From positions 1 to 54,665 of the IMG/VR virus record IMGVR_UViG_3300020045_008445: DNA of 54,665 bases. One strand, 5' to 3'. Made by a program: the position numbers and the translations under genes. The first letter of the stretch is position 1, and the number at the start of each line of letters is the position of its first letter. Origin of the DNA: a virus. Lineage: Duplodnaviria > Caudoviricetes. The notes beneath the pieces were generated by a model that did not search any database, was not told the origin of the DNA, and worked only from the letters and a program-made list of their open reading frames with translations. Positions 28,392-38,291 of the stretch are shown one piece after another.

Positions 28392-28889
28392 TTATTTTAA
28401 GTTTATCTCTTTACCTATTCCACGTTCAAGAAAATTCATCGTATCGAAGTGCCAAGCGTACATTTTGGCGAATAGGGATTGCTGGTTTTTAACCGTGAAT
28501 GATTTTTTACCTGATATTAATATGAAAGACATGCTTTTACCTAAGTAAAACATTTCAGTTTCATATTTCATATACCCGTCCTCTATGATATACGGAACGC
28601 TTGTAGATAGTTCAGCAATCGTAGCCAGCTCCACAATCGGCACCCCTACCCCTTCTATTTCGGTTGTTAGCCTTGAAAGGGGGTGTACTGCAACCCAAAA
28701 AGATTTGCCTATTTCTGAGGGTTCAATATAATCCCTGTCGTTTTCGCCAAAGGTTATCCTTAATCTACCAGTATGCATTATTGCGCTTATCTCAAACTCC
28801 TGCCCCTCGGCATCCACCAGCCTATAGCCGTAACCATACAGCAAACCCGCTTCTGTTTTTGTTAGTGGGTTAGTCTGCATTTCCCTCAA
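28392..28889 (-). CDS. Phage hypothetical protein
   Basis: HPLSRLT.EI...WHFD...L.RGI motif. Confidence 0.6.
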   Translation of the reverse strand: MREMQTNPLTKTEAGLLYGYGYRLVDAEGQEFEISAIMHTGRLRITFGENDRDYIEPSEIGKSFWVAVHPLSRLTTEIEGVGVPIVELATIAELSTSVPYIIEDGYMKYETEMFYLGKSMSFILISGKKSFTVKNQQSLFAKMYAWHFDTMNFLERGIGKEINLK

Positions 28890-29070
28890 AGTATTTGTTA
28901 GTGGCGGTTACAGTGGATAGTACAGCAAAAGCTGCATCGGTCATAAGCATTTCAATATCATCAGGAAGGAAACCAATACCGTGGTCTGATTCCGTTTCGG
29001 CTTCTAAAAATTCTTCAATTTTAGAGTGAAGCCTTAGTTTTATCTGTTGTTTTTCTAATTCGGTTCTCAT
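28870..29070 (-). CDS. Hypothetical protein
   Basis: 66 aa in operon. Confidence 0.5.
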   Translation of the reverse strand: MRTELEKQQIKLRLHSKIEEFLEAETESDHGIGFLPDDIEMLMTDAAFAVLSTVTATNKYFEGNAD

Positions 29071-29106
29071 ATTCTCTTTATTTTTTAGCCTTTCGGCATA
29101 GGTTAG

Positions 29107-30009
29107 TTAAAAATTACACACGCATCCAGGTTCTTCCATTTCGTCGGTTTCTAACCTGATTTGCGTATCGTTCTCTGCTATTTTTATAAGGTCGTCAAGT
29201 GAGTAATTTTCCCTAAAAAACATATTGCCGTATAACTCTTCTTGAGTTCGGAAAAAGTTTTTTGTTTCCTCTCTAATTCCATGCTTAATTCGGGCGATAA
29301 GATTGCTTAATGGTGCTTTATGGCATAACTCACAATTATCAAGTTTGGAACTTATCTGTAGCCTAAAAGGTTGAGTGTCGAAATATTCTGAAAGTTGACG
29401 AAGTCCCACTGGAACATCGTAATCAGTAAGCAGCGGGGCTATTCTTGTGCCATCTTCTCTAAGCTCAGCCCATGTAATACGTTTTGGCATATCTTCTTTC
29501 CTGTAACCAATAGCTTTTAAGTAACTTGCAGTCCCAAATATTGTTCGCGCAAAAGAATGTGATACCCGAGTTTTAGTGTACTCAGAGCAGTAAGGAATTG
29601 CCTGATTAAAAACTCCATGCCATACAAATTTATTCATGTGCCTGATAGCGCCTTTAAGCGGTTCACTGGTCATATTTAAATCTGCAAAATCATTTATCAC
29701 CTTATGCCTTACCCCGATACCTTCTTCCAACGAATAAACACCCTCCAGCATTACTAATGGTAGCCCCCAATAATGCACCATATCTTTCAAAAACTGTATA
29801 GTTTCAGGTTTTTCCTGTCCTGTATTACAGAAAACAAATAGCTTTTCATAGTGTGCGTAATCGGGTGAGGTTTGAATATGCCTTGCCATCATTGCGCTGG
29901 AACGCCCCCCCGACACGGCCACCAGCAAATAATTATTATCAGGCGCAGGCTTAGCTATCTTTTTCTTTTTTTCTTTAGGGACTTCAACTGTGCCAAATAA
30001 TGTTTCCAT
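29107..30009 (-). CDS. PAPS-reductase-like (PP-loop) protein
   Basis: VAVSGGRSSAMM, FCNTGQE, C..C and C-terminal CxC. Confidence 0.8.
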   Translation of the reverse strand: METLFGTVEVPKEKKKKIAKPAPDNNYLLVAVSGGRSSAMMARHIQTSPDYAHYEKLFVFCNTGQEKPETIQFLKDMVHYWGLPLVMLEGVYSLEEGIGVRHKVINDFADLNMTSEPLKGAIRHMNKFVWHGVFNQAIPYCSEYTKTRVSHSFARTIFGTASYLKAIGYRKEDMPKRITWAELREDGTRIAPLLTDYDVPVGLRQLSEYFDTQPFRLQISSKLDNCELCHKAPLSNLIARIKHGIREETKNFFRTQEELYGNMFFRENYSLDDLIKIAENDTQIRLETDEMEEPGCVCNF

Positions 30010-30015
30010 ATCTCT

Positions 30016-30405
30016 CTATTTTAAAGGTTCTTTTTTAACTGCAATCCCCGCATCAATCAGCCTTTGGAAGTCGATATGCGCTTCTGCCATTGCTTGTATG
30101 GCGGCGTAGGAGCACTGCAGCAATGACTTCTTATAGTTCGCGAAGTCTGAAACCTCTTCTGCTATTGTTATATCCCAATCAGTATTATTCATTATGAATG
30201 GGGATGCTAAGTCAAAGCATTCATCCAAGCTGTACAGGAGGGGTTTATGCCCGATACCAGTTATTAGGCTATGAACATTAATCGTTGTTAAATTTAGTTG
30301 GGGGCACATAACCAAAGTTCTGATTACGCTGCCTCCGCTCTGTACCTCCAATTTAAAAGGCACGTAAGGGTTAATGTGGTGTAGGGTGAGGGTGGTTACT
30401 GGCAT
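30016..30405 (-). CDS. Phage hypothetical protein
   Basis: PY.P..L...KPLLYSL...HIDF..LI..GIAV motif. Confidence 0.6.
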   Translation of the reverse strand: MPVTTLTLHHINPYVPFKLEVQSGGSVIRTLVMCPQLNLTTINVHSLITGIGHKPLLYSLDECFDLASPFIMNNTDWDITIAEEVSDFANYKKSLLQCSYAAIQAMAEAHIDFQRLIDAGIAVKKEPLK

Positions 30406-30683
30406 CAGAATTTGGTATTATAATCAATTATTAATTCCTCAATAGTTTCTCCTGAAAATCTTTGATGCCAATCTTTTTCAAGTGTAGGCAATTCTCGATG
30501 CAGAAAGTTTTCCGCGCTCTCAATTAATATTTCATTGTTGTCATCATTAGAGTTATCTACCCAGCATCGAGGGTAAATCTGCCTGTTAATTAATGACAGG
30601 TGGTATCCGCTATCGTCAGACTCAAATCGGTATGCGGTGTCTGTTCTTTTTAAATTCTCGAATATTTTTATTAGCTTATTCAT
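30405..30683 (-). CDS. Hypothetical protein
   Basis: Coupled ORF. Confidence 0.5.
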   Translation of the reverse strand: MNKLIKIFENLKRTDTAYRFESDDSGYHLSLINRQIYPRCWVDNSNDDNNEILIESAENFLHRELPTLEKDWHQRFSGETIEELIIDYNTKF

Positions 30684-30958
30684 ACTTTCTCGGTGTTTAC
30701 AGCTAAGGGCGCGTTTTCAATGTATTCTCTTACTGGTTCTCTTAGTGTAAAGTGCAATGCTTTGCTACACAATATTCGCTGCTCCTTACACGCTTCTTCA
30801 GCGTATAGCGTGGCGGCTTCGTTCTCAGCATCTAAAAAGTGTTGGTTAATCTGAGGGTTAAAAAAGCCCTTAAATGCTTCAAACCTTACAAACTCAAGCC
30901 AGTTTTCTGAGCCATACTTTACAGCCACAGCATCCTTATAAAATTGTAGTGTGTTCAT
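30680..30958 (-). CDS. Hypothetical protein
   Basis: Coupled ORF. Confidence 0.55.
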   Translation of the reverse strand: MNTLQFYKDAVAVKYGSENWLEFVRFEAFKGFFNPQINQHFLDAENEAATLYAEEACKEQRILCSKALHFTLREPVREYIENAPLAVNTEKV

Positions 30959-31146
30959 TACAAGTAATTTTTTTCAATATAGATTATACATTCAGGGCTG
31001 CATATTTCTTCATCAGGCATGCCGTGCACCTCTATTCTTTCTCGCCACCTAAGACCTCTTATGGTGTGATAGCTTTCGTGCAATACTTCATCTTGAATCC
31101 AAAAATGATCGTGCCGTTTGTCCTTTCGTAGTGTCTTAGATTCCAT
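30958..31146 (-). CDS. Hypothetical protein
   Basis: Coupled ORF. Confidence 0.5.
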   Translation of the reverse strand: MESKTLRKDKRHDHFWIQDEVLHESYHTIRGLRWRERIEVHGMPDEEICSPECIIYIEKNYL

Positions 31147-31576
31147 ATATTTCTTTTAAGGCTGTGGGGGTGATTAGGGGTTCGCATTCGTTTACTAATT
31201 GTTCAATTGTTTCAAAATGCCAGTATTGCCTGCTATAATTTACATCGGTATTTACAATTTGAGTATCTGCCAACCAGATAGCGCCATTTACTGTGCTATT
31301 AGGTAATAACTCAAATTTTGCTCCCTCAAACAGGCATCGCTCTTTGGCGGCTTGGTAATCCTCCGCTATTGGATGCCCTGAAAAGGTTTTAATTTCTTCC
31401 TCTGTTGGGACTATTCCGTTAGGCATAACAGGCACAAACATACAAAGTTCAAGTTCGCGCTGTAGGAAGGTGGCGTAATTAACTATCGTGTGCAATACAT
31501 CAGATCCGTTGGGTGCATTTTTAAATTCATGCACCACAAAGTCGCTACACGGGATAAGTCTTTCTATTTTTTGCAT
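31136..31576 (-). CDS. Phage hypothetical protein
   Basis: NYATFL...L.MFVP...YQAAKERCLFEG motif. Confidence 0.6.
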   Translation of the reverse strand: MQKIERLIPCSDFVVHEFKNAPNGSDVLHTIVNYATFLQRELELCMFVPVMPNGIVPTEEEIKTFSGHPIAEDYQAAKERCLFEGAKFELLPNSTVNGAIWLADTQIVNTDVNYSRQYWHFETIEQLVNECEPLITPTALKEIYGI

Positions 31577-32031
31577 GGTGTTACATTCTTAATTATTACA
31601 AGTTTCTCAACTACGCTCTGCTGGGCTGCTACCCAGTTTTTATAAGCACTGTTCCCATAATCCCAATCGTCATAATCATCAGGCACAGGTCGGTTGCCTA
31701 ACGGATTCACAAAATAATATCCCGCGGTTTCTATAGCTGTCTTGAACGAAGCGTCTGAACTCGTCAATAAATTATCCCCAGTATAGTTATAGTATAAGTC
31801 CCCATTTTCTAATGAATGCTTATCCACTATCAGCTTGGCATCAAAATCAATATAGTCTTTCGTGCAGGTGCCTAAGAGTTCAAAACCCATTAGCGATATA
31901 TTTGTGTTAAACACGTTATTTTTAGCATCGTGCGCCCGCATTATATTTCCGCTGCTTTTACTGAATGTGTGCCAGTCTGCAGGCAAAGGAATAGCCCATA
32001 TATCTGCTGTGGTTATTGGTAGTTGATTCAT
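31564..32031 (-). CDS. Hypothetical protein
   Basis: 155 aa in operon. Confidence 0.55.
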   Translation of the reverse strand: MNQLPITTADIWAIPLPADWHTFSKSSGNIMRAHDAKNNVFNTNISLMGFELLGTCTKDYIDFDAKLIVDKHSLENGDLYYNYTGDNLLTSSDASFKTAIETAGYYFVNPLGNRPVPDDYDDWDYGNSAYKNWVAAQQSVVEKLVIIKNVTPCKK

Positions 32032-32234
32032 CCTAAAAGCTCTTTAATAATTTCACGTTCAACATTATTTGGCTTACGGGTTGCCAGCCAAACATCATAA
32101 GTCATATTCTTTGCCTGAACATACTGCTCACTTAAGGTTCTCATATTGGCACCGCTGCCATATATCTTTTTTTTAAAGCCCTCCATATCGCGGAAGGCTT
32201 TGGTGTTTTCTATTGTGTTACGGTAATTTGTCAT
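32028..32234 (-). CDS. Hypothetical protein
   Basis: ATGA-coupled. Confidence 0.5.
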   Translation of the reverse strand: MTNYRNTIENTKAFRDMEGFKKKIYGSGANMRTLSEQYVQAKNMTYDVWLATRKPNNVEREIIKELLG

Positions 32235-32518
32235 AATCCGATCTCTTCTTTTATATGCTGCAATGTGCGCCAGTTGGCAGAAAGCCCCGATGGTATTTTA
32301 CCCTCATTATCCAGCACATTGAACATGGGTTTTTTATCTTTATTCGCGGCCATAAATACCCAGTATTGGCCGTGTGGCACATAGTACTGGGCTTTGTAAT
32401 GTTCCTTTACAGGCCGCCCATCGTTAAGCATATCTATAAGCACATTTGCGCTTACAACAACTACCGTTTCATCAAACATTGGCAGCAGACTTAACTGGGT
32501 TCGGTTATGGGGTTTCAT
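32231..32518 (-). CDS. Hypothetical protein
   Basis: ATGA-coupled. Confidence 0.5.
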   Translation of the reverse strand: MKPHNRTQLSLLPMFDETVVVVSANVLIDMLNDGRPVKEHYKAQYYVPHGQYWVFMAANKDKKPMFNVLDNEGKIPSGLSANWRTLQHIKEEIGL

Positions 32519-35423
32519 GCTCTAAAATGTCAAACAGGCTCGGAACATTTATTTTGTACTCAATGGATTTTAAGTAAAACAAACCATCATCGTAGTAATC
32601 CGGGTTAAGCTCAGCAGATATCGCCTTACGGTTCATTTCAAGTGCGGTATAAGCGGTAGAAAATAAACCTCCGAAAGGATCATCTACTACATCGCCCTCG
32701 TTGGTAAATCTGTAAATCAATCGCTTTATGATGTCGAGCTGCAGGGGGCAAATGTGCTTTTCCTTTTTACGATTCGCCTGGTTTGCATTTAGCGTGTTCA
32801 TACGGTTAATGTCTGTCCACACAAGATCATTTCCGCTTGTAGGTGGGATAGTCATAAACAGCTTAGAAAGTTTGCCATTTTTGTCAAGATCTTCACATAC
32901 TCTCAGGTGTTCCTGAAAATCGTAAATTGCTTTTTTGTCGTAATCCCTCCAAACATTAAAGATGGTTTTCATATCGGCGGTAAGCATTTCCTGTGAACTT
33001 AGAAAACGGTCGCCGCTGGACTTCCAGTAAGCGTGCGCGTCGAGCTGCCAAAGCGATAACAGGTATTCATCAATCTTTTTGACAACAGGGTCATCAGCGT
33101 AGGCGTTATTACTTTCAGTAGGAGATTTGCGAAATAGCAAAACATATTCAGGCAATCCAACTCCCATTTTAGTAGCATCTTTGCGCTGCTCTCCCCATGT
33201 AAGGCGGTAGGTCTGGTTATTCTCCCGCACTACATCGGTAGTGATGGTAATCTTACCTACAAGATGGAAGCGATTTTTATAATCAGCCTCAAGGCTTATA
33301 AGCTGATATTTAAGGTAGCTTATTTTCTTTAATTTACTTTTTAGTAATTGATAAGACAAATTAGGTTTTGATCTGATAAAATTTTCAATTTCATCTATTT
33401 CATCTTTTATGAGGTCTATTTTAAGCTTTACTTTATCTTTTGTAAAGTGCGAAACCGTACGGCCAGAGAAGTCTTCAATGCTGGTAAAAGACGTACCATT
33501 TTGGTAACTGTAACGAATCCTGTCTTTAACGTGTATAGCAGCAATGCGCCCCGGCTTAAGAGTACGCAGCAGGTGCGGTGTCAAGTAATCCATTTGCTTA
33601 AAAAACTCTTCATTGCCGTGATTGTGGCCGAAGTCGTTGTAATTGTCGCTGTACTCGTAATGGTCGCCAAACGGGATTGATGTAAGTATCATGCCGGTAG
33701 AATTATCGGGCATATCTTCATGAACCCTTACCGTATCGTTGTTGTAAACTGTAGCACCCCCTATAACGGCCATGCGCGGCTTTTCAAATATTTGTCTTTT
33801 CATATCTGCAGTTACTTTGTCGGAGTTAAGGCCGTACTCCCGGACCAGGTTTATCATTTCGGTTTGTAATTCAATATGCTTTTTCCACTTTTCTTTAAGC
33901 GTTTTAAGTACCTCCCTTTCATTGTTTGTAAATATGGCATATACATTTACCTCAAAGGCTTGTTTAAAGCGGTACAGCCGGTGTATGGCCTGTATGAAAT
34001 CATTGAATTTATAATCAATACCCACAAATATCATGTTGTGGCAGGCATGCTGGAAGTTGCATCCTGAACCTGCTATTTTTGGCTTAGTACTTAAGAACTG
34101 GTATTCTTTGTGCTTGAAGCCAATTAGAAGATCTTCTTTTTCTTTATTGGTTTGGGAGCCGTAAACAGATCGTAAATCGGCGTTGGTGCCTTTTGTGGCT
34201 TTAAGTATTTCGATCTCATGTTCAATTTCTCCATATTCCTCTGAAAGCTCTGCAAATTGTTTACTGCTTTCAAGTCTTTCAAGCTCTGACTTAAGCCACT
34301 TATCAAAATTGAATCGCTTTTCAATAGCAGTTCTTTCAGCCTCCAGGTGATGCCATAATATCCAATTATCATCTGGTGCGTTTTCCTGAACAATATCAAA
34401 GGCTTTTTTCACGCGGATATCTACCGTGGAAGATTTCTCCCGGCTGGTGTCAACAAGGCTTTTTGTAGTGTCTTTAAACAATACTATTTTGCCCTCTTTG
34501 TTGGTAATCACATCATCCGGTAGGTTTTCAATCTCAACCTCATTGAAGTTTAGTTTTGGCAGGTTGTAACCGGTGTCATCATAACCAAGATCAGAAGGCT
34601 TATTGATAAATACCGCCCATGTAGAAACCCATTTCCAAAACTCTTCTTTTTTGTTAGGGTATAAAGTAAGGTGTCCGGCCTTTGTACTGTCCCTTTGAAA
34701 GAAACGTGTAAGAGCATGGCCACGGTCAATTACTCCAAGGTAATCTGCATAGTTTAAGATTTCAATAAAGTCGTTAGGCGTAGGTGTGGCTGTGGCAACT
34801 AATCTGTAAGGCACATCTTTAAAGCGCTTCAGTATAAAATTTGTAGTTTCAGTTTTAAGGTTACGTAAAACAGATGCCTCATCGAGGGATGTACCTCCAA
34901 AATAATCAGGGTCAATATCCCCTTTTCGGATACGTTCGTAATTCGTTACATAAATAGCCTTTTCAAAATTAAAATCAATTGGATTTTGAGAACCTAAAAC
35001 ATTGATATAATTTTCAGTTAAGCTCTCAATATCGCCATGCAATTCGTTTTCCACAGCTATGATAACTTTTTGCTCAGCATTTTTTACAGGCAGACTATCT
35101 GTGTCTGATATATACCTAATTTCATATCCGGTATTCAGCATTTCGTTATCTTCTCTGAACTCTCCTACAACACCTAACGGCATCCCAATAAGAAAAGGCT
35201 TTCCAGTGATGCCTATAACCATCCGTGCATACTCAAGCTGCATCACTGTTTTACCAAGCCCAAAGCTTGCGAATATTGCACGTCGCCCTCCACATAAACA
35301 CCATAACACAATATCCGTCTGGTGGGGTAATAATAGAGGGTTTAAATATTTTCTATCTATTTCGCAGCCAAAGGTGCCGGCTGCTACAATTTTGCTTTCC
35401 AAAAATGCAGTGTAATCTTGCAT
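32505..35423 (-). CDS. SNF2-like helicase fused to N4/N6 DNA methyltransferase
   Basis: GLGKT, DEAS, TATP, HRLYRF helicase motifs; TSIPF and DPFGG methylase motifs; ATG at 35423 preferred. Confidence 0.85.
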   Translation of the reverse strand: MQDYTAFLESKIVAAGTFGCEIDRKYLNPLLLPHQTDIVLWCLCGGRRAIFASFGLGKTVMQLEYARMVIGITGKPFLIGMPLGVVGEFREDNEMLNTGYEIRYISDTDSLPVKNAEQKVIIAVENELHGDIESLTENYINVLGSQNPIDFNFEKAIYVTNYERIRKGDIDPDYFGGTSLDEASVLRNLKTETTNFILKRFKDVPYRLVATATPTPNDFIEILNYADYLGVIDRGHALTRFFQRDSTKAGHLTLYPNKKEEFWKWVSTWAVFINKPSDLGYDDTGYNLPKLNFNEVEIENLPDDVITNKEGKIVLFKDTTKSLVDTSREKSSTVDIRVKKAFDIVQENAPDDNWILWHHLEAERTAIEKRFNFDKWLKSELERLESSKQFAELSEEYGEIEHEIEILKATKGTNADLRSVYGSQTNKEKEDLLIGFKHKEYQFLSTKPKIAGSGCNFQHACHNMIFVGIDYKFNDFIQAIHRLYRFKQAFEVNVYAIFTNNEREVLKTLKEKWKKHIELQTEMINLVREYGLNSDKVTADMKRQIFEKPRMAVIGGATVYNNDTVRVHEDMPDNSTGMILTSIPFGDHYEYSDNYNDFGHNHGNEEFFKQMDYLTPHLLRTLKPGRIAAIHVKDRIRYSYQNGTSFTSIEDFSGRTVSHFTKDKVKLKIDLIKDEIDEIENFIRSKPNLSYQLLKSKLKKISYLKYQLISLEADYKNRFHLVGKITITTDVVRENNQTYRLTWGEQRKDATKMGVGLPEYVLLFRKSPTESNNAYADDPVVKKIDEYLLSLWQLDAHAYWKSSGDRFLSSQEMLTADMKTIFNVWRDYDKKAIYDFQEHLRVCEDLDKNGKLSKLFMTIPPTSGNDLVWTDINRMNTLNANQANRKKEKHICPLQLDIIKRLIYRFTNEGDVVDDPFGGLFSTAYTALEMNRKAISAELNPDYYDDGLFYLKSIEYKINVPSLFDILEHETP

Positions 35424-35496
35424 AATGTAGGTTTGTTTAGCAAATATGGTCGGGCAAATCAAAGTGCGATTTACCGCTATAGGATTATTTTATAAG

Positions 35497-36306
35497 CTAA
35501 TCCTTAGGCTTTTTTGGGAACTCTCTAACTCTTAAATTTTCAGGCCATTCATCAATATTGCCGCCATGCCGGTCAGTCAATTTTAAAGCTTTTGAAAGAT
35601 GCGTACCCAATTGTTTTACAAAAACCGGCACGCTAAAACCATTACATTGAGTGATAATGCTTTCAATCCAAGATAATTCACAAGGACGGTACAAATATTT
35701 ACCATTTTCGTTACCGCTTTCGCCCCCTACAATTATCCAGTCAATCAAATCAATAAGCCGGGTTCGGTTTTCCGGTGAAACGCTTCTAATTAATCTTTCC
35801 GGAAAATAGTAATCATGCAGCGATACCGGACCATGCATCGGCTCAATAGACAAAAATTTTAACTTAGCAGGGAGCGAAATATCAACCAAATCACGCACCC
35901 GTTTTATACCGTCCTGACTACCCACCGATGTACCTAGCCAAACATTATCCCAACCTTTACCCCAATCAGGGGGCAAACAGTCCTTAATTCGCTCCGGGCG
36001 TTTTGTAAGTATTTGAAAGGTATGCTGAGGGCATTTTCTAATAATATCCCACATCTCGTGCCTGAAACCATCAATCTCTTCAAGAAAAACGTCAGTAAGG
36101 CTTGAAACAAAAATTCTTGCAGGCTCTTTTATTTTTAACGGAAGGTTAAAAACCGTTTTGGTTTTACGTATTTCCCGGGGATCATATCTAGTACCATTAA
36201 GACTGCCGCGATACATATAGCAAAACTTACAATCTGCATCCACTTTTTTACAGCCTACCGCAATATTCCATGTGTGGTCTGTCCATTGTATTTTTGAATT
36301 TTCCAT
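35497..36306 (-). CDS. Gp37/Gp68 (DUF5131) radical-SAM-like protein
   Basis: SKIQWTDHTWN, GCKKVDADCKFCY, FQILTKRPER, WIIVGGESG. Confidence 0.9.
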   Translation of the reverse strand: MENSKIQWTDHTWNIAVGCKKVDADCKFCYMYRGSLNGTRYDPREIRKTKTVFNLPLKIKEPARIFVSSLTDVFLEEIDGFRHEMWDIIRKCPQHTFQILTKRPERIKDCLPPDWGKGWDNVWLGTSVGSQDGIKRVRDLVDISLPAKLKFLSIEPMHGPVSLHDYYFPERLIRSVSPENRTRLIDLIDWIIVGGESGNENGKYLYRPCELSWIESIITQCNGFSVPVFVKQLGTHLSKALKLTDRHGGNIDEWPENLRVREFPKKPKD

Positions 36307-37359
36307 TTAAGATTCTTTATTAAAATATACAAGATAATAGTACATCTGCTTTTCTTCGTCCCAGCCTTTTTCTACATACTGCTCGGCGCTTTGAGGGTTC
36401 ATAAAGTCCAGCTTTATAGTGATGTTGGTATCAAGATTGATAACAGGCTTAATCTTCTTACAGGCATCGGTTACCGCGCTGTTTGATATCGGGAAGCTGC
36501 TCACGTCTTCAATGCTGTACTTCGGCGCTTTCTCAACCTTATAGTTTTTGAACTCCGGCAGCAAATCAGGATTGTCGAGTACTTCATTAAGAAAGGCGCT
36601 TTCTTCAAACTCATCGTTTTTGGCAAAGTAGTTTACCGACCGATTCATAAACATTACCTCTTCTTTTTTGTCTTCAGCAGGCAGTACCACATCTTTTGCA
36701 AAGTCCTGAACGAACTTCATATATTTTTTAGTCAGGAAGTTTTCATCCTGCGATACATCCACGCCAAGGAAATGTTCTAACCAGTAGCGGGAATCATATT
36801 TGTTCTGGTCGATGGTCAATATTTTATAACCATCTTCGGCCTTGTAGTTGAATATGATGCAGCCTTTGTCAAGTTTGTTAAGCGATATGCCCTGCTGCAA
36901 AATAAGTTCAAGGTTATCGGCCTTTTCATCAAACTGGATAAAGTCTGATTTAATCTCTGATTTGAAAATACCTACAGCATCAACAGGGTTATTGTCAATG
37001 GTCAGGTTGGAGATATGCAGCACATAAATTTCGCCTGATTTGATGTGTGGGTGGTTCGACTGATCAAACAGATGCTCGGTAATTTTACGGGAAACAGCAT
37101 GCGTGTTACCTGGATTTGTAAAAATGTCTTTTGCAAAGTTGAACATGAAGTGATAATCTAAATGCACATCGTGGGCAAACTGAAAATAGTTTTCTTCTTT
37201 GTCGCGGAATGGCTTAAAAAAGTACTCTTTTAGCAGCGGGGTAATTTCATCGTTTAGCCTGTAAGGTTCAGCAGATAAGAATATGCTTTCGTTCCTGCTT
37301 TTGTTCCCAATTCTGTGGATTGAGATACTGTTTATCTGGGCATTGAATAAGTTTATCAT
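36307..37359 (-). CDS. Nucleoid-associated protein (NdpA/YejK family), host-like
   Basis: SIHRIGNK, QSNHPHIKSGE, KLDKGCIIF, YWLEHFL; resembles the Flavobacterium chromosomal gene. Confidence 0.85.
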   Translation of the reverse strand: MINLFNAQINSISIHRIGNKSRNESIFLSAEPYRLNDEITPLLKEYFFKPFRDKEENYFQFAHDVHLDYHFMFNFAKDIFTNPGNTHAVSRKITEHLFDQSNHPHIKSGEIYVLHISNLTIDNNPVDAVGIFKSEIKSDFIQFDEKADNLELILQQGISLNKLDKGCIIFNYKAEDGYKILTIDQNKYDSRYWLEHFLGVDVSQDENFLTKKYMKFVQDFAKDVVLPAEDKKEEVMFMNRSVNYFAKNDEFEESAFLNEVLDNPDLLPEFKNYKVEKAPKYSIEDVSSFPISNSAVTDACKKIKPVINLDTNITIKLDFMNPQSAEQYVEKGWDEEKQMYYYLVYFNKES

Positions 37360-37370
37360 TGAGTTGATAT

Positions 37371-37919
37371 TTAATAGGTTAAATATTGTGTTATATGCTT
37401 TAAAAAATCCCTGTCTGATTTTATGTTTTCAGGAAATACATAGTCTTTAAATTCTCGGTTATCATAATCCTGATACACCCAAAGGCGTTGCAGTAAGTCT
37501 TTTACTTCGTCAAAAGCCCAAGTATCTCCTGCTTCTTCTTTCGTGTAACAGAAAGGCATTATACCGCTACTGCCGCCGTAGTCGTTATCATACTCCCAAT
37601 ACCAGCTTAACCTACCGTTTTCATCAAGATAAACAGGCGAATCACCAAAATCATAATTTGCCGTTTTTTGAATAATAAACTGGATTTCTTTTTTGTATTT
37701 CAGTAGGAACATTAACATCCGTATAGCTAAACGCCAATGCTTGTAATCAGAAGCGAGATGGCAGGATGTAATTCCGTCAAAGCTTCCGTGATTTACACTT
37801 GAAGGGAAAGCAGAATAAAGTTTCTTTAATTCCTTTTTCTTTTTCCGGGGCAGTTTTTGTTTTTTGCAATCATGCCCGCAAAAGCATGCAAAGCAACCAT
37901 GAAGTTTAATATTTTTCAT
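37371..37919 (-). CDS. Hypothetical protein, N-terminal Cys cluster
   Basis: CFACFCGHDC then KLPRKKKK. Confidence 0.55.
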   Translation of the reverse strand: MKNIKLHGCFACFCGHDCKKQKLPRKKKKELKKLYSAFPSSVNHGSFDGITSCHLASDYKHWRLAIRMLMFLLKYKKEIQFIIQKTANYDFGDSPVYLDENGRLSWYWEYDNDYGGSSGIMPFCYTKEEAGDTWAFDEVKDLLQRLWVYQDYDNREFKDYVFPENIKSDRDFLKHITQYLTY

Positions 37920-38278
37920 TGAAAGTTTAAGTTAGTTTGATTTTTCAAAGGCGATAGCCTGTTATGCTGTTGCTTAATGCGGTATTCGTGGCTTATCCAA
38001 ACCGTTAGTATCCGGCTGTGGGCGCGCTTTAATCTTGCCGGGGCATAGCCATGCTGATAAATCAGTTTATCCCTCGACATGTGATTCATTACCGAACCGT
38101 AAACGTTTGGCTGATACGGCGGTTCATTGCCAACCAGGTAAGCGGTTTTCAAATCTTCAGAAGTAAATGTTCGCATTTGCACACGAACCCATGAAGCGGC
38201 AAATGCCCGTATTTTCTCGTAATCTTCCCTGTTTTTAACCTTGACGGCCTGCAGGATATTGTCGAGATCTGATTTCAT
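37916..38278 (-). CDS. Hypothetical protein (possible winged helix)
   Basis: FTSEDL...P..PNVYGSV pattern. Confidence 0.55.
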   Translation of the reverse strand: MKSDLDNILQAVKVKNREDYEKIRAFAASWVRVQMRTFTSEDLKTAYLVGNEPPYQPNVYGSVMNHMSRDKLIYQHGYAPARLKRAHSRILTVWISHEYRIKQQHNRLSPLKNQTNLNFQ

Positions 38279-38291
38279 AGGCTGGGGGGGG

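Noticed and set aside
32505-35423. Inteins in the helicase-methylase
   Set aside because: Insertions are too short and lack C/S start and HN-C/S/T end motifs
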